Virus record (IMG/VR): IMGVR_UViG_3300027782_004428
Span: 26,000-89,999 of that record
Origin: a virus
Reading direction: 5' to 3' (one strand)
Length of the DNA: 64,000 bases
This document shows, piece after piece, positions 44,056 through 54,371 of this stretch (position 1 is its first letter; every line of letters starts with the position of its first letter). The position numbers and the translations under genes are program-made. The notes beneath the pieces are model-generated. The model ran no database searches, was not told where the DNA came from, and was given only the letters and a program-made list of their open reading frames with translations.

Positions 44056-45888
44056 TTACTCCTTGTAATCAATAGTAGTGGTCTTTTTCATTTTCTTTAC
44101 AATGTAACCAATGGCTTTGTTAATTCGTAGACCCACAGTTACAACCAACCATCCTCCAATGCCAAATGGAACATCATGCCCAGCACGTCGAGCAATTTCT
44201 TTAGAGAATGCGCCACCAATTATTCTGGCCAATAGTATCCATGCCTGTTGACTAATTTTTTGTTGTTCACTGTATGTTTTCCAGAACAACAATCTAGACA
44301 ACACAGGACGTCCTTGTCCCTTGACCAGTTTTACTAGTACATCAGCCCAGGCTCTGTATCCACGATAAGACACAAAGTCATTTTGATACAGCCATAAGCC
44401 AAAGGCTTGATCGTATTCAAATATTTCTTTTTCCATGTAACCAAGTTCGTACAGTGCTGTGCAGATCACTTTGCCTCCGCCGCCTCCACCGCCGCCGCCG
44501 TCGTATCCACCTCCATCGCCACCGGGATTGGTTACTTCGCCTGCTTGTGTTTCCTCTACACCGCTACGAGGGTTGACACCAAATCTGTCAACAACATTTT
44601 CAAACTGCGGAGTAATAGACCCGTTGACTGGTAACCAGGCACCCCCTTGTTTGATATAGGCGGACCTGACTTGATTCCAAACGCCATTGGCCTTGACATA
44701 GGTTTCGTTGACAGGATTGAATACACCATTTACATGTACAAAGAGACCAGACACGTCAAACTCAAACACAGCATACCCAGTAGTGCCATTGCCGCCATTG
44801 GCGGTTCCGCCTTGTCCTGCATTACGCCAGTACTGGTTAGAGGTCCCACCAGCAGTACGTCCACTGGGGTTGGCCACAACAGTGCCCGAACCTAGACCAT
44901 ATGATCCAGCCAGTCCGCCTTGATCACCCCCGGGGCAGGTTCCGCCTTGTCCGCCTCCCCAGCCACCACCACCACCTCCGCCGCCACCGCCATCGCCGGC
45001 TTTGTTGGTACCGTTTTGTCCAGCATTGTCCCCGGGTGCAGCCTGGCCATTAGGTCCCGGGGCACTTCCGCCAGTGGCAGCACCTGAATTGCCACCTCCT
45101 CCGCCGCCACCACCGCCAGCGGCAGCTGCAATAGCTGTACCATTTAAAATAATTACAGTGGCGCCACCTCCACCACCACCGGCACCGGATGATCCCGAAG
45201 GTCCTGAGTTACCACCACGTCCACCTGAAAAACTCTCACCATTGATACTGTTGGCAATAGTCAATGCCACAGCACCAGGTCCGCCTGTGTTGTCGCCCAC
45301 TATTCTTATGGTACGAGTACCGGCTGTGACTGGATATCCAACAGTCCAGGGATTTGTAAAGTTATCTGAATAAAAAACTTCCACGCCGTCCACATAACAT
45401 CTGGCAAAATTATCAGCGGCCATGGTAAACTGATAGTTTCCAGTTGTTGGAAAATTCACAGTCCAAGATCTATCAAACACAGCCGCACTGGTTGGGTTGA
45501 CCCAAATTCCATTGTTGTTTAAGAATGTGCAATAGGCTGAATTGAACTGGGCAAACACCGGGGGAGAAGTAGCCGCAGTTCTTGCGTTAAAATCAAAATC
45601 TGAAATAAAGCTAGCGCCAGCTTCTCCGCCTGCAGCATTGCCTGCACCGCTCTGTCCGCCTGTGCCCTTTCCTCCCACAGCAACTTCTATGATGTCGCCT
45701 TCGTTGACTACAAAATTTACCTGTGTGTATCCGGCCCCGCTGCCACTACCGCCAGAATTGCTGTCAGCACCACCACCGCCTCCACCGCCACCCCATAGAT
45801 AAGCAGTAACTGGCACATTATCGCCCTGTGCCCAAACAAGGCGTTGAAGGTACCCGGTATAGCCGGCTGGTCTAACTACTAGTGCCAT
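44056..45888 (-). CDS. Glycine-rich tail adhesin-like protein with inserted beta-sandwich and C-terminal VICTAL domain
   Basis: Many polyglycine runs; AADNFA..YVDG; YVKANGVW repeats; GGKVICTALYELG. Confidence 0.65.
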   Translation of the reverse strand: MALVVRPAGYTGYLQRLVWAQGDNVPVTAYLWGGGGGGGGADSNSGGSGSGAGYTQVNFVVNEGDIIEVAVGGKGTGGQSGAGNAAGGEAGASFISDFDFNARTAATSPPVFAQFNSAYCTFLNNNGIWVNPTSAAVFDRSWTVNFPTTGNYQFTMAADNFARCYVDGVEVFYSDNFTNPWTVGYPVTAGTRTIRIVGDNTGGPGAVALTIANSINGESFSGGRGGNSGPSGSSGAGGGGGGATVIILNGTAIAAAAGGGGGGGGGNSGAATGGSAPGPNGQAAPGDNAGQNGTNKAGDGGGGGGGGGGWGGGQGGTCPGGDQGGLAGSYGLGSGTVVANPSGRTAGGTSNQYWRNAGQGGTANGGNGTTGYAVFEFDVSGLFVHVNGVFNPVNETYVKANGVWNQVRSAYIKQGGAWLPVNGSITPQFENVVDRFGVNPRSGVEETQAGEVTNPGGDGGGYDGGGGGGGGGKVICTALYELGYMEKEIFEYDQAFGLWLYQNDFVSYRGYRAWADVLVKLVKGQGRPVLSRLLFWKTYSEQQKISQQAWILLARIIGGAFSKEIARRAGHDVPFGIGGWLVVTVGLRINKAIGYIVKKMKKTTTIDYKE

Positions 45889-45894
45889 ATTGAA

Positions 45895-47562
45895 TTATAT
45901 TTGATACCAAAGATCACCTTCACTGCCCCCGGTTGGTGCCGCAGTACTCACATATCTTGTGCCATACCCATTGGAGTTGGCAGCAAATGCAACAGTCATG
46001 TTGGAAGCCAGGCTACCACCGCCTGTCAATCCACTGCCCACAGTGATAGTGATTGCTGATGCAGCTGCACCTAGATTGGCTCTGGCCGCAGTGGGATTGC
46101 TGGCACCAGTACCACCGTCAGCCACTGCAAGGTCTGTTATGCCAGAGATTGTGCCGCTGGTGATGTTGACCCCCGAAGCATTGAGCAAAGTGATGTTGTC
46201 CAAGGTACCACCAGTGATACCCACCGCTGATGCATTTTGTGTGGCCATGGTACCCAGGCCAAGATTGTTTCTAGCGGTGATAGCATCACCTGCTCCTGTT
46301 CCGCCAGATACCACTGCAATGGGTGAAACTCCTGCGATTGTGCCGCCAGTAATGGTCACGGCATTGGCATTTTGTGTGGCAATTGATCCCAGACCAATAT
46401 TAGTTCTTGCCAATGTAGCAGTAGTGGCTCCTGTGCCGCCATCAGCTACGGCTAGTGCAGTGGCCAGGCCTGAAACAACACCACCAGTGATTATAATGTC
46501 ACTAGCAGTGCCACCTGTAAATGCCACATTGCTGGTATTCATTATGGCAATGTTGCCCAGTTGTAGGCCTGCTCTGGCACCTGCGGCAGTTGATGCACCT
46601 GTGCCGCCGCTGATTATGGCTATTGGGCTGATGCCAGTAATGGTGCCACCAGTAATGTTCACAGCATTGGCATTCTGCTGACTCATTGTGGGCAGAGCAT
46701 TGGTCCAGTTAGTTACAAATCGTGTGGTAGCAATCTGCGTGTTGCTCACAGCAATTGTTGCAGTGGGCGCTGTAGGCACACCTGAGAATGCAGGACTGGT
46801 TTTTTCACCTTGCACAAATGCAGTAGTAGCCAGTGTTGAACTGTTGTCAGCGTATGTGGGGGTGGGTGCAGTGGGTGTTCCAGTAAGAGCAATATTGGCT
46901 CGTAAATTTTGCACAAATTCAGTGGTGGCCAACTGAGTTGTTGTTGTTCCATTGGCTGCTGTGGGCGCAACAGGCACACCTGCAAATTGTGGACTGTTGG
47001 TCACAAACGCAGTGCTGGCAATCTGTGTGGTTGCTGTGCCCGGAGCTGCTGTGGGAGTTAACGGTATTCCTGAAAATTGTGGACTCTGACTCACAAAAGC
47101 AGTGGTAGCCAGTTGTGTAGTAGATGTGCCGGCAGTGGCAGTGGGTGCCACAGGTGCACCGTAAAATATTGGACTGTTAGACACAAAAGCAGTTGTGGCA
47201 ATTTGTGTGGTTGCTGTGCCAGACCCAGCGGTGGGTGCAGTGGGCACACCTGTAAATGTAGGACTGATTTTTTGTAATTGTACATAGTCTTGTGTGGCCA
47301 ACGGCAACCATGTATCGGTGCTGCTGTAGGTAGAAATCTCATCTGTGTCGCTGTTGTACCAAAGTTGCCCCAACACCGGCTGAGTTGGTGCTGTGGAATT
47401 AGCAAAGTTTTCCAGCAAAAACACATAGTTTTCGTTTTCATAGGTACCGTAATCCGTAAGGGCTCGACCTACTAAGAAAAGATCTGTGGCTGTGGTATTA
47501 ACTGTGCCGTCTGCAACTACAGCTACAATATCCCCACGAGTGTTATTGATAATATATGACAT
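45895..47562 (-). CDS. Tail fibre protein with tandem repeats
   Basis: N-terminal LVGR..YG...NENYVFLLENFAN..P..P..GQLWY; PTAPTA..TQIATTAFV repeats; GGTGA..ARxNLGLG repeats; C-terminal GDLWYQI. Confidence 0.8.
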   Translation of the reverse strand: MSYIINNTRGDIVAVVADGTVNTTATDLFLVGRALTDYGTYENENYVFLLENFANSTAPTQPVLGQLWYNSDTDEISTYSSTDTWLPLATQDYVQLQKISPTFTGVPTAPTAGSGTATTQIATTAFVSNSPIFYGAPVAPTATAGTSTTQLATTAFVSQSPQFSGIPLTPTAAPGTATTQIASTAFVTNSPQFAGVPVAPTAANGTTTTQLATTEFVQNLRANIALTGTPTAPTPTYADNSSTLATTAFVQGEKTSPAFSGVPTAPTATIAVSNTQIATTRFVTNWTNALPTMSQQNANAVNITGGTITGISPIAIISGGTGASTAAGARAGLQLGNIAIMNTSNVAFTGGTASDIIITGGVVSGLATALAVADGGTGATTATLARTNIGLGSIATQNANAVTITGGTIAGVSPIAVVSGGTGAGDAITARNNLGLGTMATQNASAVGITGGTLDNITLLNASGVNITSGTISGITDLAVADGGTGASNPTAARANLGAAASAITITVGSGLTGGGSLASNMTVAFAANSNGYGTRYVSTAAPTGGSEGDLWYQI

Positions 47563-47658
47563 TAATTGCTCCGAATCCATCTATTTAGCACAGGATCAAC
47601 TGAGTGACTGTGAGCACCATCTGTGTGGATTGGTAAATACAGCACTAGGACTCCAAAC

Positions 47659-49968
47659 ATGACACAGCAAGTAATTGACGTAGGCAATGTTGCCAATGAC
47701 GGGCAAGGCGATCCGTTGCGCACAGCGTTTACCAAAACCAACGACAACTTCACAGAACTCTACAACATTGGTGGTATTTCAGGTATTGCCAATGGTACAT
47801 CTAACATTAGTATTGCAGAAAACAGCACAGTTAGCATCAGTTCTGCGAACGTGGCCAACGTATTTGTGGTATATAGCACAGGTGTTACCAATCTGGGACT
47901 GATTAGCAGTAACAATATTTCTGCCACAGGCAACATCACTGCGGGCGGTTTGATTTTTGGCAACGGAAGTCAACTTACAGGTGTAATATCCAGTGCTCCT
48001 GCGGCATTGATTACAGGCGCCACGCTCAGTTCCAACGTGATAAATTCCAGCTTGACTTCAGTTGGTATATTGACCAGTGTCAGCGTCACAGGAAACGTAC
48101 AAGGCGGCAATTTGAGAACAGCCGGCACAATCAGTTCAGCCGGTAATATTCTGGGACAAAATATCAATACAGTGGGCGATTTAGCAGCCACAGGCAACAT
48201 CACTGGGGGCAACGTTACTACCTCTGGACAACTGAGTGTGACTGGTGCTATCACCAGTGGTGGCACAGTCACAGCCAATGCTTTTGTGGGCAACGGTGCC
48301 GGACTTACTGGATTTGTGGTCAGTGCTAACGCAGCGTTGTTGACCGGCAGCTTGTTGGCGGCCAACGTGGTCAACAGCTCATTGCAAACTGTGGGCAACC
48401 TCAGCAGTCTTGTGATCAGTAATGCTCTGGGCGGCACAGGTAGTATCACTGCCAATGCTCTGACACTTGGCACAATTCTTAATGCCACAGGCAACATTAC
48501 CGGGGGTAATTTAAACACAGGCGGCAAGGTAGTGGCCACCAGCGATGGATCATTTGGTGGCGATGTGATTGCAGTGAATTTTACCGGTAATGCTGTAACT
48601 GGCAATCTTAACATCAACCAAATAAATGCCAACACTTTGATCACAACCAACCTGTTGAGTGCGGCAGGCAACATCACAGGAGCCAATGTCAATACTGGCA
48701 ATGTGAGTGCAACTGGCACTGTCACAGCCAATGCTTTTGTGGGCAGTATATCCACAGCATCTCAACCGGGCATTACTACTGTTGGTACGCTGGGCTCGCT
48801 CACAGTCACAGCCAACATCACTGGGGGCAACATCAACACCGGCGGCATAGTCAGCGCCGCGGGCAATATCTCAGGATTGAACCTGGTAACCACAGGAGCT
48901 GTTAACGGTGCTTCTTTGAGTGTGAGTGGCAACATCACTGGTGGCAATGTGCTGGGCGGTGCCAATGTCAATGCCACAACACACACAGGTACCACTGCAA
49001 GTCTAAGCGGCAACATCACAGGCGGTAACTTGCTCACAGGCGGATTGATATCTGCCACAGGAACAATAAACGCCGGTGCAGCAACATTTGCTGGTAGTTT
49101 GATCGCCACAGGCACAGTTGGTTATATCAATGCAAGTACCGTGGCAATCACAGATCCTATTTTGAGTTTGGGTCGTGGTGCAAACAATGGGTCATTGGGT
49201 AGTGCCACAACCACAGACCTTGGCAGCCAGCTGTACTACTACGACACATCAGAAAAATCTGCATTTATTGGTTATCAGTTGTCGACTGGTAACATAGTGG
49301 TGGCCAAACAGGTTTCAATCTCCGGCGAACTTGTGACTGTGAACACTTACGGCAATTTGGTAATGGGAACATTACTGGCTCAGGGCATTGTGAGTGCAGT
49401 GGGCAACATTGTTACCACAGCAAATGTCAGTGGCGGTAACGTTATTGCCACAACACACCTGGGCACAACATTCAGCGCCAGTGGCAACATCACGGGCGGC
49501 AATGTACTGGGTGGCGCCAATGTCAATGCCACAACACACACCGGTACCACAGTATCAGTCTCGGGCAACGTGAATGGCGGCAATATCATCAGTGCCGCAG
49601 CCCTGTCAGCTGCGTCCTTGGTCATCTCTGGCAACACAGCCACAGTTACCTCAGCAGGTTACACAATTGGCTACAGAGATTTACCGCAGTTGACATCATT
49701 TGGCACCCTGGCCACAACAGACGGCGGCAAACACTACTACGGATCAGGTACGTTGACTATTCCAACCAATGCCAGCGCGGCATTGCCAGTGGGCACTGCA
49801 ATTTTGGTCATTGCCAGTGCATCCACAACAATCAGTGCAGCCAGTGTTACGTTGATCTGGGCTGGAGTAGGCACCACTGGTTCTAGAACTCTGGCACAGT
49901 ACGGTCAAGCCAGTTTGATCAAGGTGGGAACAGACACCTGGTATATTTCCGGCACAGGAATCACATAA
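47659..49968 (+). CDS. Tail fibre / baseplate-attached protein with GNITGGN repeats
   Basis: gp9/gp10-like start IDVGNVANDGQGDPLRTAFTKTNDNFTELY; C-terminal LIKVGTDTWYISG. Confidence 0.8.
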   Translation: MTQQVIDVGNVANDGQGDPLRTAFTKTNDNFTELYNIGGISGIANGTSNISIAENSTVSISSANVANVFVVYSTGVTNLGLISSNNISATGNITAGGLIFGNGSQLTGVISSAPAALITGATLSSNVINSSLTSVGILTSVSVTGNVQGGNLRTAGTISSAGNILGQNINTVGDLAATGNITGGNVTTSGQLSVTGAITSGGTVTANAFVGNGAGLTGFVVSANAALLTGSLLAANVVNSSLQTVGNLSSLVISNALGGTGSITANALTLGTILNATGNITGGNLNTGGKVVATSDGSFGGDVIAVNFTGNAVTGNLNINQINANTLITTNLLSAAGNITGANVNTGNVSATGTVTANAFVGSISTASQPGITTVGTLGSLTVTANITGGNINTGGIVSAAGNISGLNLVTTGAVNGASLSVSGNITGGNVLGGANVNATTHTGTTASLSGNITGGNLLTGGLISATGTINAGAATFAGSLIATGTVGYINASTVAITDPILSLGRGANNGSLGSATTTDLGSQLYYYDTSEKSAFIGYQLSTGNIVVAKQVSISGELVTVNTYGNLVMGTLLAQGIVSAVGNIVTTANVSGGNVIATTHLGTTFSASGNITGGNVLGGANVNATTHTGTTVSVSGNVNGGNIISAAALSAASLVISGNTATVTSAGYTIGYRDLPQLTSFGTLATTDGGKHYYGSGTLTIPTNASAALPVGTAILVIASASTTISAASVTLIWAGVGTTGSRTLAQYGQASLIKVGTDTWYISGTGIT

Positions 49969-50519
49969 TGAGTGGTATCATGGTGGCCATGGGCGCACTG
50001 TTGCCCACAGTGAGCTATGCAAATGGTTTGTATAATACCTCATATGGCGTTGAACTGTCGCCTATTGACATTGGTACGCAGTCATCCCTTGGCGGGGCAT
50101 ATTCAGTGACCTATCAATGGATCGGCTACTACAGGCCAGCATCGTCTAGTGCCATTCAGCTGGGTGCTGTGTGCAACTATCAGGAGTACTACAATTATTT
50201 TGGCAGTAACTATGCCTACAACTGGGGTGGCGGTGGCAACAGCACCTGTTATATCTGGACCGGCAACACTGCCAAGTCCGGCTACAATGCCGGCAACTAC
50301 ACAGCACTAATTCAAAATGGCACCAGCGGCAGCAATTTTACTGCCACAGCCAATTCATACGTGCCCATGAGAATTCAGTGGTCCACATATTTGCCGTATA
50401 GTTACGATGGCGTTTATAGCGTCACCTATTTTGCTCAAAGCAATTTTGCTTTTACCATTGCCAGCACCAGTTCAATATCTGGTCGTATATTCTACAACAG
50501 CTTGACCAATGGTTTCTAA
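49968..50519 (+). CDS. PA14-like putative receptor-binding protein
   Basis: QWIGYYRP, YIWTGNTA.SGY, YVPMRIQW. Confidence 0.55.
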   Translation: MSGIMVAMGALLPTVSYANGLYNTSYGVELSPIDIGTQSSLGGAYSVTYQWIGYYRPASSSAIQLGAVCNYQEYYNYFGSNYAYNWGGGGNSTCYIWTGNTAKSGYNAGNYTALIQNGTSGSNFTATANSYVPMRIQWSTYLPYSYDGVYSVTYFAQSNFAFTIASTSSISGRIFYNSLTNGF

Positions 50520-50551
50520 CCGCAAATAAATATCACAGAGGCACAACAACA

Positions 50552-53500
50552 ATGGCACAACCAGTTTGGGAAACACCGGCAGGCAGTTTAGGGGTAGTAC
50601 CTGAAAGTATATTCTACCAACAGACTCTGCTGGCCTATGATCCCGACGGCGGTGACGTATACTATGCAGTGATTGCCGGCAGCTTGCCCGAAGGTATTCA
50701 GTGTACCGCCAACGGTCTCATAGTGGGCACTCCTCTAGCAGTGGCCAGTCTACAAGGTGTACCCACAGCAGTAAATCAAGACGTCACTAGCAAATTTACA
50801 GTTCGTGCCTATACTGAAACAGTGGATGAACAAGTTGACCGCATACGTGATCGAACTTTCACGCTCACAGTCACTGGCAATGACATACCTGAATTTACCA
50901 CACCTGCTGGCAGCATTGGCACATTCTATGATGGTGATCGATTGGATATTCAAATTGGGTATACCAACACAGATCCTAATGAAACAGTCACCGTGGCCCT
51001 GGTGGGTGGTGAGTTGCCTGGCGGTATCACGGTGAGTTCTACCGGACTAATTTCAGGTTACATACAACCTGCTGTGAATGTGGATGAAACGCCGGGTTAC
51101 GACCAGACTCCAATCTATACATTGCCTTATGACTTTGTGGTGTCAGCCATTAGCAAAAACTATCAGTTTACTCTGCAAGTCACAGATGGCAAAACCAGTA
51201 ATCTACGTACATTTTATTTCTTTGTGTATGATCGCGGTACACTCACAGCTGACACCACAGAAATCACAGCTGATTCAACCACAGTTACCGCCGATGAAAC
51301 AACCGAACGCAGACCTTTTATTGTCAACGCTGATCCTAGTGATCTGGGCACAGTTCGAGGCGACAATTATTTTGCCTATCAGTTCATTGGCAATGACTAT
51401 GATACGCCGGCCTTGAAGTATGCTATCAATGTCAATGAAGGATCAGGCCTTCCACCTGGCCTGGAGCTCGACCCCAACTCAGGTTGGTACTATGGCTATG
51501 TGCCTGACCAAGGTGTTACAGAAGTTGAGTACAGTTTCAATGTGGTGACCTATCAAGCAGACTTTGTGGGCACACCTATAGCCTGTACTGCCACTGCATT
51601 TGGCACCAATCGTATCACATGCGACAGCACTGCACAGATTGAAACTGGTCAGCCCATTGTGTTTACCGGCACAGGATTTGGCGGCATCACTGCCAGTTCC
51701 ACACAGGTTTATTATGTGTTGAGCGTGAATAATAGCACACAATTCACTGTCACAGATAACCTCAGCACCAACGTTGCAGTCACACTGACCACATCAGCTG
51801 GCACAATGCAGGCCAACTTGATTGTGGCATCTGACTCTTACCCATTTACCATCACACTTTCAGGTGCAGTAGACGCCGAAGTAGTATGGATCACCCCCGA
51901 AGATCTGGGTTCTATTGAAAATGGAGACACCAGCCTCTTGGTAATTCAGGCAGAAAACACAGGCGGCCGAACTCTCTTTTACAGACTGGAATCAGGAGCA
52001 TTCAACGAATTGCCACAGGGCCTGGAACTGTTGCCCACTGGTGAAATTTCAGGACGTGTGAGTTTTAATACTTTTGCAGTTGACTTGGGCAGCACCACTT
52101 TTGATCAGAATCAAACCACCTGGGATAGTTCATTCGTGTTCACAGTGAATGCCTATGCCGAAGATACAGAACAAATTGTTTATGACGTGACTTCAGTCAC
52201 TATCAACAACAGCGGGTCAGGCTACAGCAGCGTCACTACACCGGTGCTGACATTCAGCACACCAGTGGGTGCAACAGCAGTACAGGCACAGGTGGGCAAT
52301 GTGATTGTGACTGGTGGTGCTATTACTTCAGTAGAAGTAGCAGATGCTGGTGCCGGGTATACTGGCCAAGCCACACTGGTTGTGACTGAAGGGTTTGGCG
52401 GAACTGGGGCGGTGTTTACTCCGGTCATGCGAGCCACTGGAGTACGAGATGTGGTATCAGTGTACAAAACTTTCAGCCTCAGATTGATTCGTACCTACAA
52501 CAAACCCTATCAAAATCTCAGCATCATGGCCATGCCGCCTGCCAATGATCGTGTGCTGATTGCCAGTTTGCTGGACAACCAAGATATATTTGTGCCTGAC
52601 TATATCTACAGACCTGATGATCCTTATTTTGGTAAATCTCGACGGGTAGTGTACCAACATGCTTTTGGTCTTGCACCTGAGACTTTAGACACCTATGTCA
52701 GTGCGTTGTATGAAAATCACTACTGGAAAAATCTTGTGCTAGGAGAAATTGAAACAGCACAGGCTGTGGACCCGGTCACAGGTGAAGTGATCTATGAAGT
52801 GGTGTACAGTAAAATTATTGATGACTTGGTCAATGCCAATGGAGACAGTGTGGCCAAGATTGTGAATTTGCCCTATCCCATTGTTGATCCCGGTGATGGC
52901 AGCACAGTGTTAACACAGGTATATCCCAACAGTTTGATAGACATGCGCAATCAAATGATTGATCAAGTGGGTCAAATATCCACCAAGTTGCCACTGTGGA
53001 TGATCAGCAAACAAAGCAACGGGCGAGTGTTGGGATTTACTCCGGCCTGGGTCATGTGTTATACCAAACCCAATCGATCAAAACAAGTTGCCTATTACAT
53101 TCAAACTGAATTTGGTGAACAGCTGAATCGCGTGGATTTCAAGGTTGATCGATATGTGCTGGATCGTACACTCAGCCGTAACTGGGATGCCGAGACTCAA
53201 GATTGGACTCCAGAAGCCAGTCTTACTACATTTGACCGATTTGGTTCGGGACAGTTTCCGTTCTTGGGTTACGTGGACATTGCCACTGAATTGGCCTATA
53301 ATGATGTCAACCAAAAAACTCTGGCAAGTATTGCTCTCTTGGGTGGCTTGGACGGCCAAATCAGTCAAATTGATGGAGATACCTTGATTTTTGTCAAACA
53401 AGAATATTACCAAGATTATCCTGTGATTGATGATGCTTGGCAAGACTACAGTATCTTGTATGACGAAGGTGGTTTCTCATCAGAGTTACCAGGCGCCTCA

Positions 53501-54358
53501 TTTGATGAAAGTGCCATGATCCCCGGCGGCACACAAGTATCATGCACCAATACCTTTTCGGGCACCAATCGTATTCAGGCTGCCAGCACAGTGGGTCTTG
53601 TGGTCGACGATCCTGTGTGGTTTTCGGGTACCACATTTGGCGGAATACAAGATGTCAAACCTAGTGGTCTTACACAAATTTACTATGTGACATCTGTGGT
53701 GGGTATTACTTGCACTGCCACCGCCACAGGTTCTGATGTCATAACCTGTGCTAGCACCACTAATTTGTCCGACAATGACATTGTATGGTTTTCAGGCACC
53801 ACATTTGGTGGTATAAACAAACTGAATGCCAGTAATGCCATACAGCCTTACTATGTGACCAAGGTCAGTGGTACACAATTCAAGGTCAGTCTCACCCTGG
53901 GCGGTGGTTTTGTGGGGTTGACCTCGGCCTCTGGCACAATGACTGTGAACACAAGATTCTTCACAGTGAGCACTATTGCCAACAACACCAACACAACTCT
54001 AACCACAGCATCTGGCAACATGCTGATGAATTTTGGCAATCAACGCATGGCAATCTTTACTATCTCTGTGGACCCGATGACCACTTTGGTTACCTTGACT
54101 CCTACTACGCAAACAGCAGAAACCCAGTATATACAGGTAGTGCGTGGCAACAATTTCCTGGGACAGCAGTTGTACTACCCAACCAGCCCTGCACAAGGAT
54201 ATACTGTGGTAAACTGGATTCAAGTGCCTGAATCTAACCTGGGAGAAACCACGTTTGACCAAGGATCCATGGCATTTGAAGTGCCTTTGGATATGTACGA
54301 TCCTACCGATCGCTATGATAAATATCTCGTATTCCCCAAAGCCAATGTATTGGTATAA
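50552..54358 (+). CDS. Baseplate wedge-like protein with Ig-like (He_PIG) domains
   Basis: PVWETPAGSLG, GSLPEGI/LPPGL repeats, EVIYEVVY, LPLWM.S.Q, LGFTPAWVMCY, DKYLVFPK. Confidence 0.75.
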   Translation: MAQPVWETPAGSLGVVPESIFYQQTLLAYDPDGGDVYYAVIAGSLPEGIQCTANGLIVGTPLAVASLQGVPTAVNQDVTSKFTVRAYTETVDEQVDRIRDRTFTLTVTGNDIPEFTTPAGSIGTFYDGDRLDIQIGYTNTDPNETVTVALVGGELPGGITVSSTGLISGYIQPAVNVDETPGYDQTPIYTLPYDFVVSAISKNYQFTLQVTDGKTSNLRTFYFFVYDRGTLTADTTEITADSTTVTADETTERRPFIVNADPSDLGTVRGDNYFAYQFIGNDYDTPALKYAINVNEGSGLPPGLELDPNSGWYYGYVPDQGVTEVEYSFNVVTYQADFVGTPIACTATAFGTNRITCDSTAQIETGQPIVFTGTGFGGITASSTQVYYVLSVNNSTQFTVTDNLSTNVAVTLTTSAGTMQANLIVASDSYPFTITLSGAVDAEVVWITPEDLGSIENGDTSLLVIQAENTGGRTLFYRLESGAFNELPQGLELLPTGEISGRVSFNTFAVDLGSTTFDQNQTTWDSSFVFTVNAYAEDTEQIVYDVTSVTINNSGSGYSSVTTPVLTFSTPVGATAVQAQVGNVIVTGGAITSVEVADAGAGYTGQATLVVTEGFGGTGAVFTPVMRATGVRDVVSVYKTFSLRLIRTYNKPYQNLSIMAMPPANDRVLIASLLDNQDIFVPDYIYRPDDPYFGKSRRVVYQHAFGLAPETLDTYVSALYENHYWKNLVLGEIETAQAVDPVTGEVIYEVVYSKIIDDLVNANGDSVAKIVNLPYPIVDPGDGSTVLTQVYPNSLIDMRNQMIDQVGQISTKLPLWMISKQSNGRVLGFTPAWVMCYTKPNRSKQVAYYIQTEFGEQLNRVDFKVDRYVLDRTLSRNWDAETQDWTPEASLTTFDRFGSGQFPFLGYVDIATELAYNDVNQKTLASIALLGGLDGQISQIDGDTLIFVKQEYYQDYPVIDDAWQDYSILYDEGGFSSELPGASFDESAMIPGGTQVSCTNTFSGTNRIQAASTVGLVVDDPVWFSGTTFGGIQDVKPSGLTQIYYVTSVVGITCTATATGSDVITCASTTNLSDNDIVWFSGTTFGGINKLNASNAIQPYYVTKVSGTQFKVSLTLGGGFVGLTSASGTMTVNTRFFTVSTIANNTNTTLTTASGNMLMNFGNQRMAIFTISVDPMTTLVTLTPTTQTAETQYIQVVRGNNFLGQQLYYPTSPAQGYTVVNWIQVPESNLGETTFDQGSMAFEVPLDMYDPTDRYDKYLVFPKANVLV

Positions 54359-54371
54359 CTAGGACACTTTA

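Noticed and set aside
48925-49550. Diversity-generating retroelement TR/VR pair
   Set aside because: Both copies are in frame in one gene, differ at synonymous positions rather than specifically at adenines, and no reverse transcriptase is present.
44407-49643. Long antisense ORFs (e.g. 45959-46681, 47970-48755, 45002-45373)
   Set aside because: These are shadows of Gly/Thr/Ala/Asn-rich fibre genes, with no RBS or motifs.
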